Positions 53,619 to 64,000 of a DNA stretch of 64,000 nt are shown in pieces. Source of the stretch: Escherichia coli (lineage in GTDB: Bacteria > Pseudomonadota > Gammaproteobacteria > Enterobacterales > Enterobacteriaceae). The translations under genes were made by a program, and so were the position numbers. The number at the start of each line of letters is the position of its first letter. Within the stretch, counting starts at the first letter, position 1. The stretch is taken from the NCBI RefSeq assembly GCF_016903815.1, contig NZ_CP069973.1, one strand, 5' to 3'. Under the pieces are notes generated by a model. That model saw only the letters and a list, made by a program, of their open reading frames with translations. It had not been told where the DNA came from and did no database searches.

Positions 53619-55316
53619 GTGCACGAAATATTCAACATGCTGCTGGCGGTCTTCGATCGGGCAGCGTTAATGCTTATCTGCCTGTTCTTTCTCATCCGTA
53701 TCCGCCTGTTTCGCGAACTGTTGCACAAGTCGGCGCACTCCCCAAAAGAGCTGCTCGCTGTTACCGCCATTTTCTCGCTGTTCGCCCTGTTCAGCACCTG
53801 GTCCGGCGTTCCCGTAGAAGGCTCGCTAGTGAACGTTCGTATTATCGCGGTGATGTCAGGCGGGATTCTGTTTGGCCCGTGGGTAGGCATCATTACCGGC
53901 GTGATTGCGGGTATTCACCGGTATTTAATTGATATCGGCGGCGTGACGGCGATCCCCTGCTTTATCACCAGCATTCTGGCGGGTTGTATATCGGGCTGGA
54001 TCAACCTGAAAATCCCCAAAGCACAGCGCTGGCGCGTCGGTATTCTCGGCGGCATGTTATGTGAAACGTTGACCATGATTCTGGTGATTGTCTGGGCACC
54101 AACTACCGCGTTGGGGATCGATATCGTCTCTAAAATCGGCATTCCGATGATCCTCGGTAGCGTCTGTATCGGCTTTATTGTGCTGCTGGTGCAAAGCGTT
54201 GAGGGCGAAAAAGAGGCCAGCGCCGCGCGGCAGGCCAAGCTGGCGCTGGATATCGCCAACAAAACGCTGCCGCTGTTTCGCCATGTCAATAGCGAGTCAT
54301 TACGCAAAGTTTGTGAAATTATCCGCGATGATATTCATGCCGATGCGGTGGCGATTACCAATACCGATCATGTGCTGGCCTATGTTGGCGTGGGTGAACA
54401 CAACTATCAGAATGGCGATGACTTCATTAGCCCGACTACCCGACAGGCGATGAATTACGGAAAAATCATCATTAAAAACAATGATGAAGCCCACCGCACA
54501 CCAGAGATTCATTCCATGCTGGTGATCCCATTGTGGGAGAAAGGCGTTGTGACCGGAACACTGAAAATTTACTACTGCCACGCGCATCAGATTACGTCAT
54601 CATTACAGGAAATGGCGGTCGGTCTGTCGCAAATCATCTCCACGCAACTGGAGGTTTCACGCGCCGAGCAGCTACGTGAAATGGCAAATAAGGCAGAGCT
54701 TCGCGCCCTGCAAAGCAAAATTAATCCCCATTTCCTGTTTAACGCTTTGAACGCTATTTCATCGTCAATCCGTCTGAATCCGGATACCGCTCGCCAGCTG
54801 ATCTTTAATCTGTCGCGTTATCTGCGCTATAACATTGAATTAAAAGACGATGAGCAAATCGATATCAAAAAAGAGCTGTATCAAATTAAAGACTATATTG
54901 CCATTGAGCAGGCCCGCTTTGGCGACAAGCTGACGGTTATCTATGATATTGATGAAGAGGTGAATTGCTGCATTCCCAGCCTGCTGATCCAGCCGCTGGT
55001 GGAGAACGCCATTGTCCACGGTATTCTGCCTTGCAAAGGTAAAGGCGTTGTCACCATCAGCGTTGCAGAGTGCGGTAATCGGGTACGCATTGCGGTGCGG
55101 GATACCGGGCACGGCATCGATCCAAAGGTGATTGAGCGGGTCGAAGCGAACGAAATGCCGGGCAATAAAATTGGCCTGCTGAATGTCCATCATCGCGTGA
55201 AGTTATTGTATGGCGAGGGGCTGCATATCCGCCGCCTGGAACCGGGGACGGAAATTGCGTTTTACATTCCTAACCAACGCACCCCAGTCGCCTCACAGGC
55301 TACGTTATTGCTTTGA
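53619..55316 (+). CDS. ypdA: LytS-family sensor histidine kinase
   Basis: 565 aa; 5TM-LytS membrane domain, GAF-like region and His-kinase domain. Confidence 0.85.
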   Translation: MHEIFNMLLAVFDRAALMLICLFFLIRIRLFRELLHKSAHSPKELLAVTAIFSLFALFSTWSGVPVEGSLVNVRIIAVMSGGILFGPWVGIITGVIAGIHRYLIDIGGVTAIPCFITSILAGCISGWINLKIPKAQRWRVGILGGMLCETLTMILVIVWAPTTALGIDIVSKIGIPMILGSVCIGFIVLLVQSVEGEKEASAARQAKLALDIANKTLPLFRHVNSESLRKVCEIIRDDIHADAVAITNTDHVLAYVGVGEHNYQNGDDFISPTTRQAMNYGKIIIKNNDEAHRTPEIHSMLVIPLWEKGVVTGTLKIYYCHAHQITSSLQEMAVGLSQIISTQLEVSRAEQLREMANKAELRALQSKINPHFLFNALNAISSSIRLNPDTARQLIFNLSRYLRYNIELKDDEQIDIKKELYQIKDYIAIEQARFGDKLTVIYDIDEEVNCCIPSLLIQPLVENAIVHGILPCKGKGVVTISVAECGNRVRIAVRDTGHGIDPKVIERVEANEMPGNKIGLLNVHHRVKLLYGEGLHIRRLEPGTEIAFYIPNQRTPVASQATLLL

Positions 55317-55330
55317 GCCGGAGTGATATT

Positions 55331-56065
55331 GTGAAAGTCATCATTGTTGAAGACGAATTCCTGGCACAACAGGAACTGAGCTGGCTAATTAAAGAGCACA
55401 GCCAGATGGAGATTGTCGGCACCTTTGACGACGGTCTGGACGTGTTGAAGTTTTTGCAGCATAACCGCGTCGACGCCATTTTTCTGGATATCAATATTCC
55501 GTCGCTGGATGGCGTGTTGCTGGCGCAAAACATCAGCCAGTTCGCCCATAAACCGTTTATTGTGTTCATCACCGCGTGGAAAGAACATGCGGTAGAAGCA
55601 TTTGAACTGGAAGCGTTTGACTACATTCTCAAACCGTATCAGGAGTCACGCATTACCGGGATGCTGCAAAAACTGGAAGCAGCCTGGCAACAACAGCAGA
55701 CCAGCAGTACGCCTGCCGCGACGGTAACGCGTGAGAATGACACCATTAATCTGGTGAAAGATGAGCGAATCATTGTCACGCCAATTAACGATATCTATTA
55801 CGCCGAAGCGCACGAGAAAATGACCTTTGTCTATACGCGGCGTGAATCCTACGTAATGCCGATGAACATTACCGAGTTTTGCAGCAAGCTGCCGCCGTCG
55901 CATTTTTTCCGCTGCCATCGCTCATTTTGTGTCAATCTGAACAAAATCCGCGAGATCGAACCGTGGTTTAATAACACCTATATTCTGCGGCTGAAAGATC
56001 TGGATTTTGAAGTGCCGGTCAGCCGCAGCAAAGTTAAAGAATTCCGCCAGTTAATGCATCTTTAA
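55331..56065 (+). CDS. ypdB: LytTR-family response regulator
   Basis: Receiver plus LytTR domain; probable GTG start at 55331 (MKVIIVEDEF). Confidence 0.85.
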   Translation: MKVIIVEDEFLAQQELSWLIKEHSQMEIVGTFDDGLDVLKFLQHNRVDAIFLDINIPSLDGVLLAQNISQFAHKPFIVFITAWKEHAVEAFELEAFDYILKPYQESRITGMLQKLEAAWQQQQTSSTPAATVTRENDTINLVKDERIIVTPINDIYYAEAHEKMTFVYTRRESYVMPMNITEFCSKLPPSHFFRCHRSFCVNLNKIREIEPWFNNTYILRLKDLDFEVPVSRSKVKEFRQLMHL

Positions 56066-56077
56066 TCGGGAACTTTC

Positions 56078-56935
56078 ATGAAAGCACCAGGCTTGCCCGC
56101 CGATCAACAATTTTTCGCCGATCTGTTCAGCGGCCTGGTGCTTAACCCGCAACTACTGGGGCGCGTCTGGTTTGCCAGCCAGCCTGCCTCATTGCCAGTG
56201 GGCAGTTTATGTATTGATTTTCCCCGTCTGGATATCGTGCTACGCGGCGAATACGGCAATCTGCTGGAAGCAAAGCAGCAACGTATGGTGGAAGGAGAAA
56301 TGCTGTTTATTCCGGCACGCGCGGCTAATTTACCGGTCAACAACAAACCGGTGATGCTGTTAAGCCTGGTGTTCGCTCCGACCTGGCTTGGGTTATCGTT
56401 TTACGATAGCCGCACCACGTCGTTGTTGCATCCTGCTCGCCAGATCCAGCTTCCCAGCCTGCAACGCGGTGAAGGTGAAGCGATGCTTACCGCCCTCACC
56501 CATCTTAGCCGTTCACCGCTGGAGCAGAATATCATTCAGCCACTGGTGTTAAGTTTGCTGCATCTTTGCCGCAACGTGGTGAATATGCCACCGGGCAATT
56601 CGCAGCCGCGCAGCGATTTTCTCTATCACAGCATTTGTAACTGGGTTCAGGATAATTATGCCCAGCCGCTCACCCGCGAGAGCGTGGCGCAGTTTTTTAA
56701 TATCACGCCCAATCATCTGTCAAAACTGTTTGCCCAACATGGGACGATGCGTTTTATCGAGTATGTTCGCTGGGTGCGAATGGCGAAGGCGAGGATGATT
56801 TTGCAGAAATATCATCTGTCGATTCATGAAGTGGCGCAGCGTTGCGGTTTTCCGGATAGCGATTATTTTTGTCGCGTCTTCCGGCGTCAGTTTGGTCTGA
56901 CGCCGGGAGAGTACAGCGCCCGCTTTCGGGGCTAA
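56078..56935 (+). CDS. ypdC: AraC-family transcriptional regulator
   Basis: 285 aa with C-terminal AraC-type HTH. Confidence 0.8.
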   Translation: MKAPGLPADQQFFADLFSGLVLNPQLLGRVWFASQPASLPVGSLCIDFPRLDIVLRGEYGNLLEAKQQRMVEGEMLFIPARAANLPVNNKPVMLLSLVFAPTWLGLSFYDSRTTSLLHPARQIQLPSLQRGEGEAMLTALTHLSRSPLEQNIIQPLVLSLLHLCRNVVNMPPGNSQPRSDFLYHSICNWVQDNYAQPLTRESVAQFFNITPNHLSKLFAQHGTMRFIEYVRWVRMAKARMILQKYHLSIHEVAQRCGFPDSDYFCRVFRRQFGLTPGEYSARFRG

Positions 56936-56937
56936 CT

Positions 56938-59433
56938 TCAGAAGGTTAATTCCGTTTCCAGCAGCGTCAGGATGCTTTGCGCATCTTGCGCGGCGAACAG
57001 CGACTGGCGGAAGTTTTTATTCACCAGTTTACGCGCCAGCTGCGAGAAGACTTTCACATGATTCATCCCTTCGTTAGCGCCCAGTGTCAGCATGATCACC
57101 AGTTCGACTTCGCCCATTTCTGACTGCCAGTCAACCGGTTTCACCAGCCGGGCAATGCTGATACTGGAATGACGGATCCACTGAGATTTGGTGTGCGGGA
57201 TCGCTACGCCAAAACCAACGCCGGTGGTAACAATCTCTTCCCGCTGCCAGACATCCTCTTCCAGCTCGAACGGATGTTCAGTACGCCCGTTAACGCCGAG
57301 GTTGCCGCACAGAAACTGGATCGCCTGCTCTTTATTACTAACGGCCTGATCAACGAAGATATTCTCCAGCGCCAGCAGCGGGCGAACGTCTTCTTCCGGC
57401 GTAAAGGCGGTGAGTAACGCTTCAATTTCCTGCGCGCTGCGACATTCACACGCCTGACGTGCCAGTTCCCGACACGCCTCGCTATCCAGTTGACGAAGCT
57501 GGCTTTTCACCGCCGGAATGCGCGGGCTACTCATACTCAGCTCATCCAGGCCCAGCCCAAGCAGTAGCGGCAGATAACGGCTTTCACCGCCCAGTTCACC
57601 GCAAATTCCTACCCATTTGCCCCGCTGATGCGCAGTGGTAACTATTTGCTGCAACATGCGCAGGAACGATGGCGTAATCGGGTTATATAGCGGCGATACA
57701 CGCGGGTTATTACGATCGACCGCATACAGATACTGGGTCATATCGTTAGAACCGATACTGAAGAAATCGACCTCATCGCAGAAGTGATCGATGATGTAGC
57801 ACACCGATGGCACTTCCACCATGATACCCAGCGTAATCGTCTCTGCATGACGCAGGCCATCGCGCTTAAGCTCAACGATCGCTTTTTGGATCTCGCCCTT
57901 CACCCATAAGATCTGATCGAGGCTGTGGACCATCGGGATCATCAACTGGGCGTTGCCGAAACTGGCGGCGCGCAAAATAGCCCGCAGTTGAGTGCGGAAC
58001 AGGCCAGCAAATTCCGGGTAAATTCGTACCGCACGATAGCCGAGGAACGGGTTCTCTTCCTGGGGAATGTTGAGGTAAGGAATGCTTTTATCGCCGCCGA
58101 TGTCCATTGTGCGGAAGATAATCGGCTTGTCGCCCGCGGCCAGTAGCACCTGCTGGTAGGCTTCAAATTGCTCCTGCTCGTCCGGCGCGCTGTCGCGATC
58201 CATATAGAGCATTTCGGTACGGAACAGCCCGACGCCTTCCGCGCCGTTGGCAAACGCGCCAGGCGCTTCCAGAGCGGTGCCAATATTCGCCGCGATATCA
58301 ATACGCTTGTTATCACGGGAATAAGCCAGCTGCGCGGCAGCCTGCGCCTGTTGTTTTTGGCGTTTATCCGCCAGCGTCTGCGCGACCTGATAATAACCGC
58401 TCACCGCGTCATTCGGGTTAATCGCCAGCACGCCGCACTGGGCGTCAAGCACTGCCGGTTGCCCGGCATAACGGGCAATCGCATCCAGCGGCAGGCCGCT
58501 CAGTACCGGGATCGCCGAGGCGCGGGCCAGAATCAGGGTATGCGAGGTGCGCCCGGTTTTCTCCAGAATCATGCCCGCAAGATTTTTTAAATCGAGGCTC
58601 AAAAACTGGCTTGGGGTTAAATCTTCAGCCACCAGAATAGTCGGTTTTTCAAGCACCAGATTATTGCGCGGTTTTAGTTCCGGCCAGGTGATATGCAGTA
58701 ACTGTTCGCTGATATCGCGAATGTCGCTGACCCGCTCGCGCAGATAATCGCTGGCAGAAGCAGAAAGTTTGGCACAAACTTGCTCCATATTGCTGATGAT
58801 CGCCGCCCCCAGCCCCTGATGCTGTTCTGCCATCAGGTGACGGATATTGCCTGCAAATTCATCATCCTGAATCAGCGACAAATGGGCGCTGAGGATAGTT
58901 TTGCTTTCGCCGTCACGCTCACGCAGCTGCTGGTTCAGTTGCTCGGCAAGCGTTGCCAGGCTGTGCTCCAGCCGGGTGGAGTCTTGCGCACTGGCCGGGA
59001 TGGCCCGATAACTGTCGAGGCTGTCGCTCTGTAACAGGGTCAGCGTACCCACGCCGACGCCGCTTGCCAGCACATTGCCGTACAGTAAATCAGGATTCAG
59101 ACGGCTTAATGAACGCGGCAGCGGATGCGCCGTCAGTTCTGCCTGTGTTGGCTGGATGCTGTCGCTGTCGATAAAGCGCACCTGGATGTACTCTTCCAGC
59201 ACGCGCCGCGCCTGCTCTTCATCGCTGCCGCTAATGTTCAGGCTGCAACTGTCATTAAATAAAGTGCCGGTGCCAATCAGCGCCAGCGAACTTTTCGCAT
59301 CGGCCTTTGCGTTCTGGCGATGGTTAATAAAAGTGATTTCGCTTTGCCACTGGCTGCACTGTTCTTTAAGTTCCCACGCCGGACGAGCATGAATACCGTT
59401 AGGCAAAGGACAGAGAAATTGAATCGTTAACAT
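56938..59433 (-). CDS. fryA: PTS multiphosphoryl transfer protein (EI-HPr-IIA fusion)
   Basis: 831 aa with Enzyme I domain and PTS IIA/HPr-like regions. Confidence 0.85.
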   Translation of the reverse strand: MLTIQFLCPLPNGIHARPAWELKEQCSQWQSEITFINHRQNAKADAKSSLALIGTGTLFNDSCSLNISGSDEEQARRVLEEYIQVRFIDSDSIQPTQAELTAHPLPRSLSRLNPDLLYGNVLASGVGVGTLTLLQSDSLDSYRAIPASAQDSTRLEHSLATLAEQLNQQLRERDGESKTILSAHLSLIQDDEFAGNIRHLMAEQHQGLGAAIISNMEQVCAKLSASASDYLRERVSDIRDISEQLLHITWPELKPRNNLVLEKPTILVAEDLTPSQFLSLDLKNLAGMILEKTGRTSHTLILARASAIPVLSGLPLDAIARYAGQPAVLDAQCGVLAINPNDAVSGYYQVAQTLADKRQKQQAQAAAQLAYSRDNKRIDIAANIGTALEAPGAFANGAEGVGLFRTEMLYMDRDSAPDEQEQFEAYQQVLLAAGDKPIIFRTMDIGGDKSIPYLNIPQEENPFLGYRAVRIYPEFAGLFRTQLRAILRAASFGNAQLMIPMVHSLDQILWVKGEIQKAIVELKRDGLRHAETITLGIMVEVPSVCYIIDHFCDEVDFFSIGSNDMTQYLYAVDRNNPRVSPLYNPITPSFLRMLQQIVTTAHQRGKWVGICGELGGESRYLPLLLGLGLDELSMSSPRIPAVKSQLRQLDSEACRELARQACECRSAQEIEALLTAFTPEEDVRPLLALENIFVDQAVSNKEQAIQFLCGNLGVNGRTEHPFELEEDVWQREEIVTTGVGFGVAIPHTKSQWIRHSSISIARLVKPVDWQSEMGEVELVIMLTLGANEGMNHVKVFSQLARKLVNKNFRQSLFAAQDAQSILTLLETELTF

Positions 59434-59457
59434 AACCGCTCCGGGTTAATCAGGAGA

Positions 59458-60495
59458 TCATCTGAAATCCGTCAGTTGAACAACCGTCTCACGCGTAAGA
59501 CGTTGAATAAGGGCAGATAAAAGTTGCTGCATCTGCAAAATGTCGCGGCAATCGGCAATCGATGCCGCACAATGTCCGTGGCGCGTCGCTGGCCCCATCA
59601 CCACCGTGGGTACGCCGGTGCCAGTTAAATGCACCGCTCCGCCATCTGTGCCGCCGTTGCTGAACATATCCGCCTGCAACGGTACGCCAATTTCTGCCGC
59701 CACGGTTTCAATCCACGCGGTAAGTTTTGGCGGCGCAATCAGCGACTTGTCGCTTAATACCAGCATCGGCCCGTTACCAATCTGGCGATGGTTAGCCGCG
59801 CCATAATCAAAGTTTTTCGCCCAGCAGGCGGTATCAAGCACAATGGCGACATCCGGCGACACCGCGCGGGTGGCAGTTTTCCCGCCGCGTAATCCCACCT
59901 CTTCGCTGGAACTTGCCACCAGCCACACTTCCGCAGGCAGTTCGGCGTCGTGCAGCTCACGCAGTAACGTCACCAGCAGATAGCAACCGAGGCGGTCATC
60001 AAAGGCTTTCCCCATCACTCGCTGGTGGGGTAGAACCTGAAAAGTTGTATCAAAGGTGACGCGATCGCCTGGACGAATTCCCGCCTGCATCACTTCGTCA
60101 TACGAGCGAGCGCCAATGTCCACGCGCATGGTGCTGACGTCATTTCCCTGCCGGTCGCCATCAAGCAGACCGGGAATTTTGCACTCTTCACGGGTGGTGA
60201 TGCGCACCGGCTGCAGCTGGCGGGCAGCCATGCGCACGTTACCAACTGGCAGCACATCAATCGCCCCTTCGCGGGAGATGCTGCGCACCATAAATCCCAC
60301 TTCATCCATATGCGCACAGATCATCACCTTCGGACCTGTCGATTCATTGAGGCGGATCAGCACCGATCCCAGACCATCAAATCGCACCTCCTTTTGCAGG
60401 CGATCCGCTTCTTCCAGCAGGATCTGCCGCACTTCCTGTTCCGAGGAGGCGATCGCATCTGCCTCGCTCAACGCTTTTAATAGCGATAAATCCAT
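59458..60495 (-). CDS. ypdE: M42-family aminopeptidase
   Basis: 345-aa FrvX/M42-like peptidase. Confidence 0.85.
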   Translation of the reverse strand: MDLSLLKALSEADAIASSEQEVRQILLEEADRLQKEVRFDGLGSVLIRLNESTGPKVMICAHMDEVGFMVRSISREGAIDVLPVGNVRMAARQLQPVRITTREECKIPGLLDGDRQGNDVSTMRVDIGARSYDEVMQAGIRPGDRVTFDTTFQVLPHQRVMGKAFDDRLGCYLLVTLLRELHDAELPAEVWLVASSSEEVGLRGGKTATRAVSPDVAIVLDTACWAKNFDYGAANHRQIGNGPMLVLSDKSLIAPPKLTAWIETVAAEIGVPLQADMFSNGGTDGGAVHLTGTGVPTVVMGPATRHGHCAASIADCRDILQMQQLLSALIQRLTRETVVQLTDFR

Positions 60496-61580
60496 TATGC
60501 CTCTCCCGTGAGCAACACTGTTTTCGGCATGGCGTAGAGCACTTCTGCGCCTTGCGGGGTGACCAGCACAACATCCTCGATGCGCACGCCCCCTTGCCCT
60601 GGCAAATAAATCCCCGGCTCCACGGTCAGTAACATGCCTGGCTGTAGCGTCGTGGTGTCCCGCGGTGAAAAACGCGGATCTTCATGGACTTCAATGCCGA
60701 TAGCATGACCGGTGTTATGACCGAAATAGTCGCCATAACCGGCTTCTGTAATCACCCGGCGCGCGGCGTCGTCAACCTGCTGGCAACGCACGCCGGGGCG
60801 AATCGCGGAGATTGCCGCGAGCTGTGCCTGCAAAACAATCTGATAGACGTCAAACAGCGGGTGAGATTCGGCGCTCACCCCTTCGCCATTCACCAGCAAG
60901 GTACGCGTCATATCAGAGCAGTAGCCCTGATACAGCGCACCGAAATCGAGAGTGACAAACTCGCCCGCTGCAACAATCTTGTCGCTGGCTTTGCCGTGCG
61001 GTAGCGCCCCACGCCAGCCGCTGGCGACAATGGTATCGAAAGAGGCTTTTTCTGCGCCCTGCTGGCGCATAAACCACTCCAGTTCAGCGGCTATCTCGCG
61101 CTCGCTCATCCCCGCCTGAATAAAGCGGCGAATATGCTCAGCACCGCGATCGGCAATCCCACAGGCGAGGCGGATTTTCTCCACCTCCTCTGGCGTTTTG
61201 ATTTGCCGCAGCACATCCGGCGTGGCGCTAACCAGTTTCGCATTGAGTTCAGACTGCCAGCGGTGCGCGGTTTCCCAACATACCTGCTGGCCTTCAAAAC
61301 CGAGCGTTTGCAACTGCTCATCGGCAATGATTTGATTGACGATAGTGGTAAGCGTGTTCGTCGCGTCAAGCAAATGCAGCTGGTAGCCTTGCGTGCGGGC
61401 TTCTACATCCGCGTAATAGCGCGAGTCCACCAGAATGTGCGCACTTTCACGGCTAATCAGCACATAGCCTGATCCGGTGGAGATCCCCAGATGCGGCTGT
61501 TTGTTCTGCCGTGAGGAGAGAAGCACCGCATCCAGTTGTTGCGCCTTAAGCCAGTCACGCAGCGAAGCGAGTAATGTCAT
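60495..61580 (-). CDS. ypdF: Xaa-Pro aminopeptidase (M24 family)
   Basis: 361-aa M24 peptidase with metal-binding motifs ([13 protein letters not shown]). Confidence 0.85.
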   Translation of the reverse strand: MTLLASLRDWLKAQQLDAVLLSSRQNKQPHLGISTGSGYVLISRESAHILVDSRYYADVEARTQGYQLHLLDATNTLTTIVNQIIADEQLQTLGFEGQQVCWETAHRWQSELNAKLVSATPDVLRQIKTPEEVEKIRLACGIADRGAEHIRRFIQAGMSEREIAAELEWFMRQQGAEKASFDTIVASGWRGALPHGKASDKIVAAGEFVTLDFGALYQGYCSDMTRTLLVNGEGVSAESHPLFDVYQIVLQAQLAAISAIRPGVRCQQVDDAARRVITEAGYGDYFGHNTGHAIGIEVHEDPRFSPRDTTTLQPGMLLTVEPGIYLPGQGGVRIEDVVLVTPQGAEVLYAMPKTVLLTGEA

Positions 61581-61594
61581 CTGGATTTTCCTTC

Positions 61595-62842
61595 TTACAG
61601 GCTATCGATTAACAATTTGCCTTTACGGAACATCATCAGACGCAGGAACACCACCATCAGCGCAGTTATGACTGCCCCCAGCGCGATCCCCGCCATGTAG
61701 ACGCCGAGGTTAGTGACCAGCGGCCATGCCCAGATAGCGGACTCCGGGAACCATTGCACTGCGCCCAGCCAGACTGCAGCGGTTGAGCCGACAATCGCGC
61801 CGACCATATAGGACGGAATGGCGGTGATGGGGCTTTCCAGTGCAAACGGAATCGCACCTTCACTGATCCCCATAAAGGCCAGGAACATGGCGGTTTTACC
61901 CTGCGGATAAAGCTGAGCGTTGAACAGGCGTTTGCCGGTTAAACGGCGGTCGATAATGGTCGCCAGACCCAGACCAATCGGCGGAATAACGATAGCGATA
62001 GAACGTGCGGTGACCGGTAATACGTGGTCCGTGGTAAAGCTGAAGGCAACGAAACCAGCTGCTTTGTTGATCGGGCCACCAAGGTCGATTGCTGTCGCCG
62101 CGGCGATCCCCATCGCGTACATCAGCGCGCCCTTCTCACCTGCGGCAGTCAGCACGGTACGGATACCGCCGTTGATCCAGCCGCCAAAGGGGGTGATGAC
62201 GTAGTACATCGCCAGCATGACAAAAATGGCGGAAAGAATCGGTAGCAAAAAAGTGGTTTTGAACGCTAACAGGAAATCCGGTAACTGGATTTTCTGGTTC
62301 ATCCATTTCACAAGGTAACCAGCAACGATAGAAATAATCAGGGCACCAATGAAGGTGGACGGCACCGGCGAAGAGGTCGCCCATTGCATAGTGCTGGGAT
62401 CGAAGTTCAGCAGTTGCGTCGGCTGGGTAGACATCAAGCCGCCGATAAAACCAGCCGGGAACGCCAGTTTGCCACCGATAGAGTTCGCCACAAATGCAGC
62501 AAACATCGGAATGGCGAAACCAAACAACACGCCGCCGAAGGATTGCGACAGCCAGGCAAATTTCAGTAAGGAAAGGTCGAAACCGGAGAATTTCCCGCTA
62601 TTAAGAGCATCCATGATGCCGATATCAGCAGGAATTTTAAGCCAGCTATAAGCAATCAGCTGGCTGAAAGCGAGGATCACACCGCCCATAATTAAGGTCG
62701 GCACCATGCGTGAAATCCCTGACATCACATGCTGCGGGAGTTCACCCCAGAAGCTGCTTTTAGAGGCCTGCGGATTCTTAACTGCCGCTGCCGCACCGGA
62801 TGCGCCAGGCACAACGGTTGCACTGCGTTTTTTAATGGCCAT
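61595..62842 (-). CDS. fryC: PTS fructose-like permease IIC
   Basis: 415-aa polytopic IIC component. Confidence 0.85.
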   Translation of the reverse strand: MAIKKRSATVVPGASGAAAAVKNPQASKSSFWGELPQHVMSGISRMVPTLIMGGVILAFSQLIAYSWLKIPADIGIMDALNSGKFSGFDLSLLKFAWLSQSFGGVLFGFAIPMFAAFVANSIGGKLAFPAGFIGGLMSTQPTQLLNFDPSTMQWATSSPVPSTFIGALIISIVAGYLVKWMNQKIQLPDFLLAFKTTFLLPILSAIFVMLAMYYVITPFGGWINGGIRTVLTAAGEKGALMYAMGIAAATAIDLGGPINKAAGFVAFSFTTDHVLPVTARSIAIVIPPIGLGLATIIDRRLTGKRLFNAQLYPQGKTAMFLAFMGISEGAIPFALESPITAIPSYMVGAIVGSTAAVWLGAVQWFPESAIWAWPLVTNLGVYMAGIALGAVITALMVVFLRLMMFRKGKLLIDSL

Positions 62843-62863
62843 AACAATTATCCCTGTCGAATA

Positions 62864-63190
62864 TTACTGTTGTTCAGAGGCAATCATCTCTTCGATTTCT
62901 TTGATGATGCCCGCAGCGTTTTTAATTGCGTCCTGCAAAGTGATTTCATAAACGTCGCGTGATTCGAAACGTTCGTTATCTTCCGGGGTAACCGCCACGG
63001 AGTGGATGATGATGGTCGCTTCGGCGATATCCTGCGCGGTCAGACGATTCTGGATACCGTCCGCACCCTGGGTTTCAATTTTCACTTCATAACCGGCTTC
63101 TACCGCCGCTTCTTCCAGCGCCTGAGCGGCCATAAAGGTGTGAGCCAGGCCCATTGGGCAGGCACATAAGGCAATCAGTTTCTTACTCAT
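62864..63190 (-). CDS. fryB: PTS fructose-like IIB
   Basis: Start set at MSKKLIALCACPMGLAHTFMAA with a catalytic Cys; the ORF-track start is an upstream extension. Confidence 0.8.
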   Translation of the reverse strand: MSKKLIALCACPMGLAHTFMAAQALEEAAVEAGYEVKIETQGADGIQNRLTAQDIAEATIIIHSVAVTPEDNERFESRDVYEITLQDAIKNAAGIIKEIEEMIASEQQ

Positions 63191-63408
63191 CGTTAATTCC
63201 TCGTTCAGTGATAGTTGACGAGTGAAATTATGAACGTGCAAAACAAATCGCCGTTACCAGACAAATAATGCATTTACTGGAGAATTAATCCCGCTGCACG
63301 GAAGTGTGACGCAGGTCGGCCTTGTGAGGGGACACAAAGGAAAATTGAATTAACTGTATGATTTAAAAGATTATCGGGAGAGTTACCTCCCGATATAACA
63401 GGAAGGAG

Positions 63409-64000
63409 TTACAGAATGTGGCCTAAGGTCTGGCGTAAATGTGCGCCGGAACCGAGAAGGCCCGGATTGTCATGGACAATGAGATACACCGGAATATCAT
63501 GGACATATTCTTTAAAGCGCCCTTTATCCTCAAATGCGGCACGGAAACCGGAGGCTTTGAAGAACTCAAGGAAACGTGGCACGATGCCACCTGCAATATA
63601 AACCCCACCGAAAGTTCCCAGCGTCAATGCAAGGTTGCCGCCAAAACGACCCATAATCACACAAAATAGCGACAACGCGCGGCGACAATCGGTGCAGCTG
63701 TCAGCCAGCGCGCGTTCAGTAATATCTTTTGGCTTGAGATTTTCTGGCAGGCGGTTGTCGGCTTTCACAATCGCGCGATACAAATTCACCAGCCCAGGAC
63801 CAGAAAGCACGCGCTCTGCCGAAACATGACCAATTTCTGCACGCAGTATTTCGAGGATAATGGCCTCTTCTTCACTATTCGGCGCAAAATCAACGTGACC
63901 GCCTTCGCCTGGCAAACTTACCCAACGCTTATCGACATGGACCAGATGCGCAACCCCAAGCCCCGTTCCGGCACCGTAAACCGCAATAGGCTTACCTTCG
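63409..64000 (-). CDS. glk: Glucokinase, 3-prime portion (gene continues past the window end)
   Basis: Translation matches the recalled Glk C-terminus (...[45 protein letters not shown]...). Confidence 0.9.
   Translation of the reverse strand, partial: EGKPIAVYGAGTGLGVAHLVHVDKRWVSLPGEGGHVDFAPNSEEEAIILEILRAEIGHVSAERVLSGPGLVNLYRAIVKADNRLPENLKPKDITERALADSCTDCRRALSLFCVIMGRFGGNLALTLGTFGGVYIAGGIVPRFLEFFKASGFRAAFEDKGRFKEYVHDIPVYLIVHDNPGLLGSGAHLRQTLGHIL

Overview
This window reads as an Escherichia coli chromosomal segment running from the argW-proximal integration hotspot into core genome. Positions 1 to about 18042 are the right arm of a mosaic lambdoid prophage on a KplE1/CPS-53-type backbone: lambda-like S/R/Rz/Rz1 lysis cassette, Q, a nin region (NinH, RusA, NinF, NinE, adenine methyltransferase, NinB), an O-like plus DnaB-like replication module with iterons, lambda cII, phage-434-type cro and cI with OR1-3 and OL operators, lambda N with nutL/nutR, a RecT module and a TorI-type excisionase. 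It ends at a 15-bp repeat of the argW 3-prime end. Positions 18043 to 28350 are a second, roughly 10.3 kb integrative island bounded by a 23-bp argW repeat, carrying a P4-type integrase, AlpA, an HUH Rep-like protein and a serine recombinase. Its cargo is an AT-rich, translationally coupled two-gene operon on the minus strand (23408-26874) encoding an 825-aa protein with about four N-terminal transmembrane helices and a 330-aa soluble partner; I can assign neither to any family, and this is my best candidate for an undescribed system, possibly anti-phage. Downstream lie the csc sucrose regulon (cscB, cscK, cscA, cscR) replacing dsdC/dsdX, then dsdA, emrYK, evgAS, yfdE-yfdV-oxc-frc, yfdX, ypdI, yfdY, lpxP, ypdK, alaC, ypdABC, fryA-ypdE-ypdF-fryC-fryB and the 3-prime part of glk. 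All identifications are from reading the translations and DNA by eye and from recalled protein sequences; no searches or computations were run.
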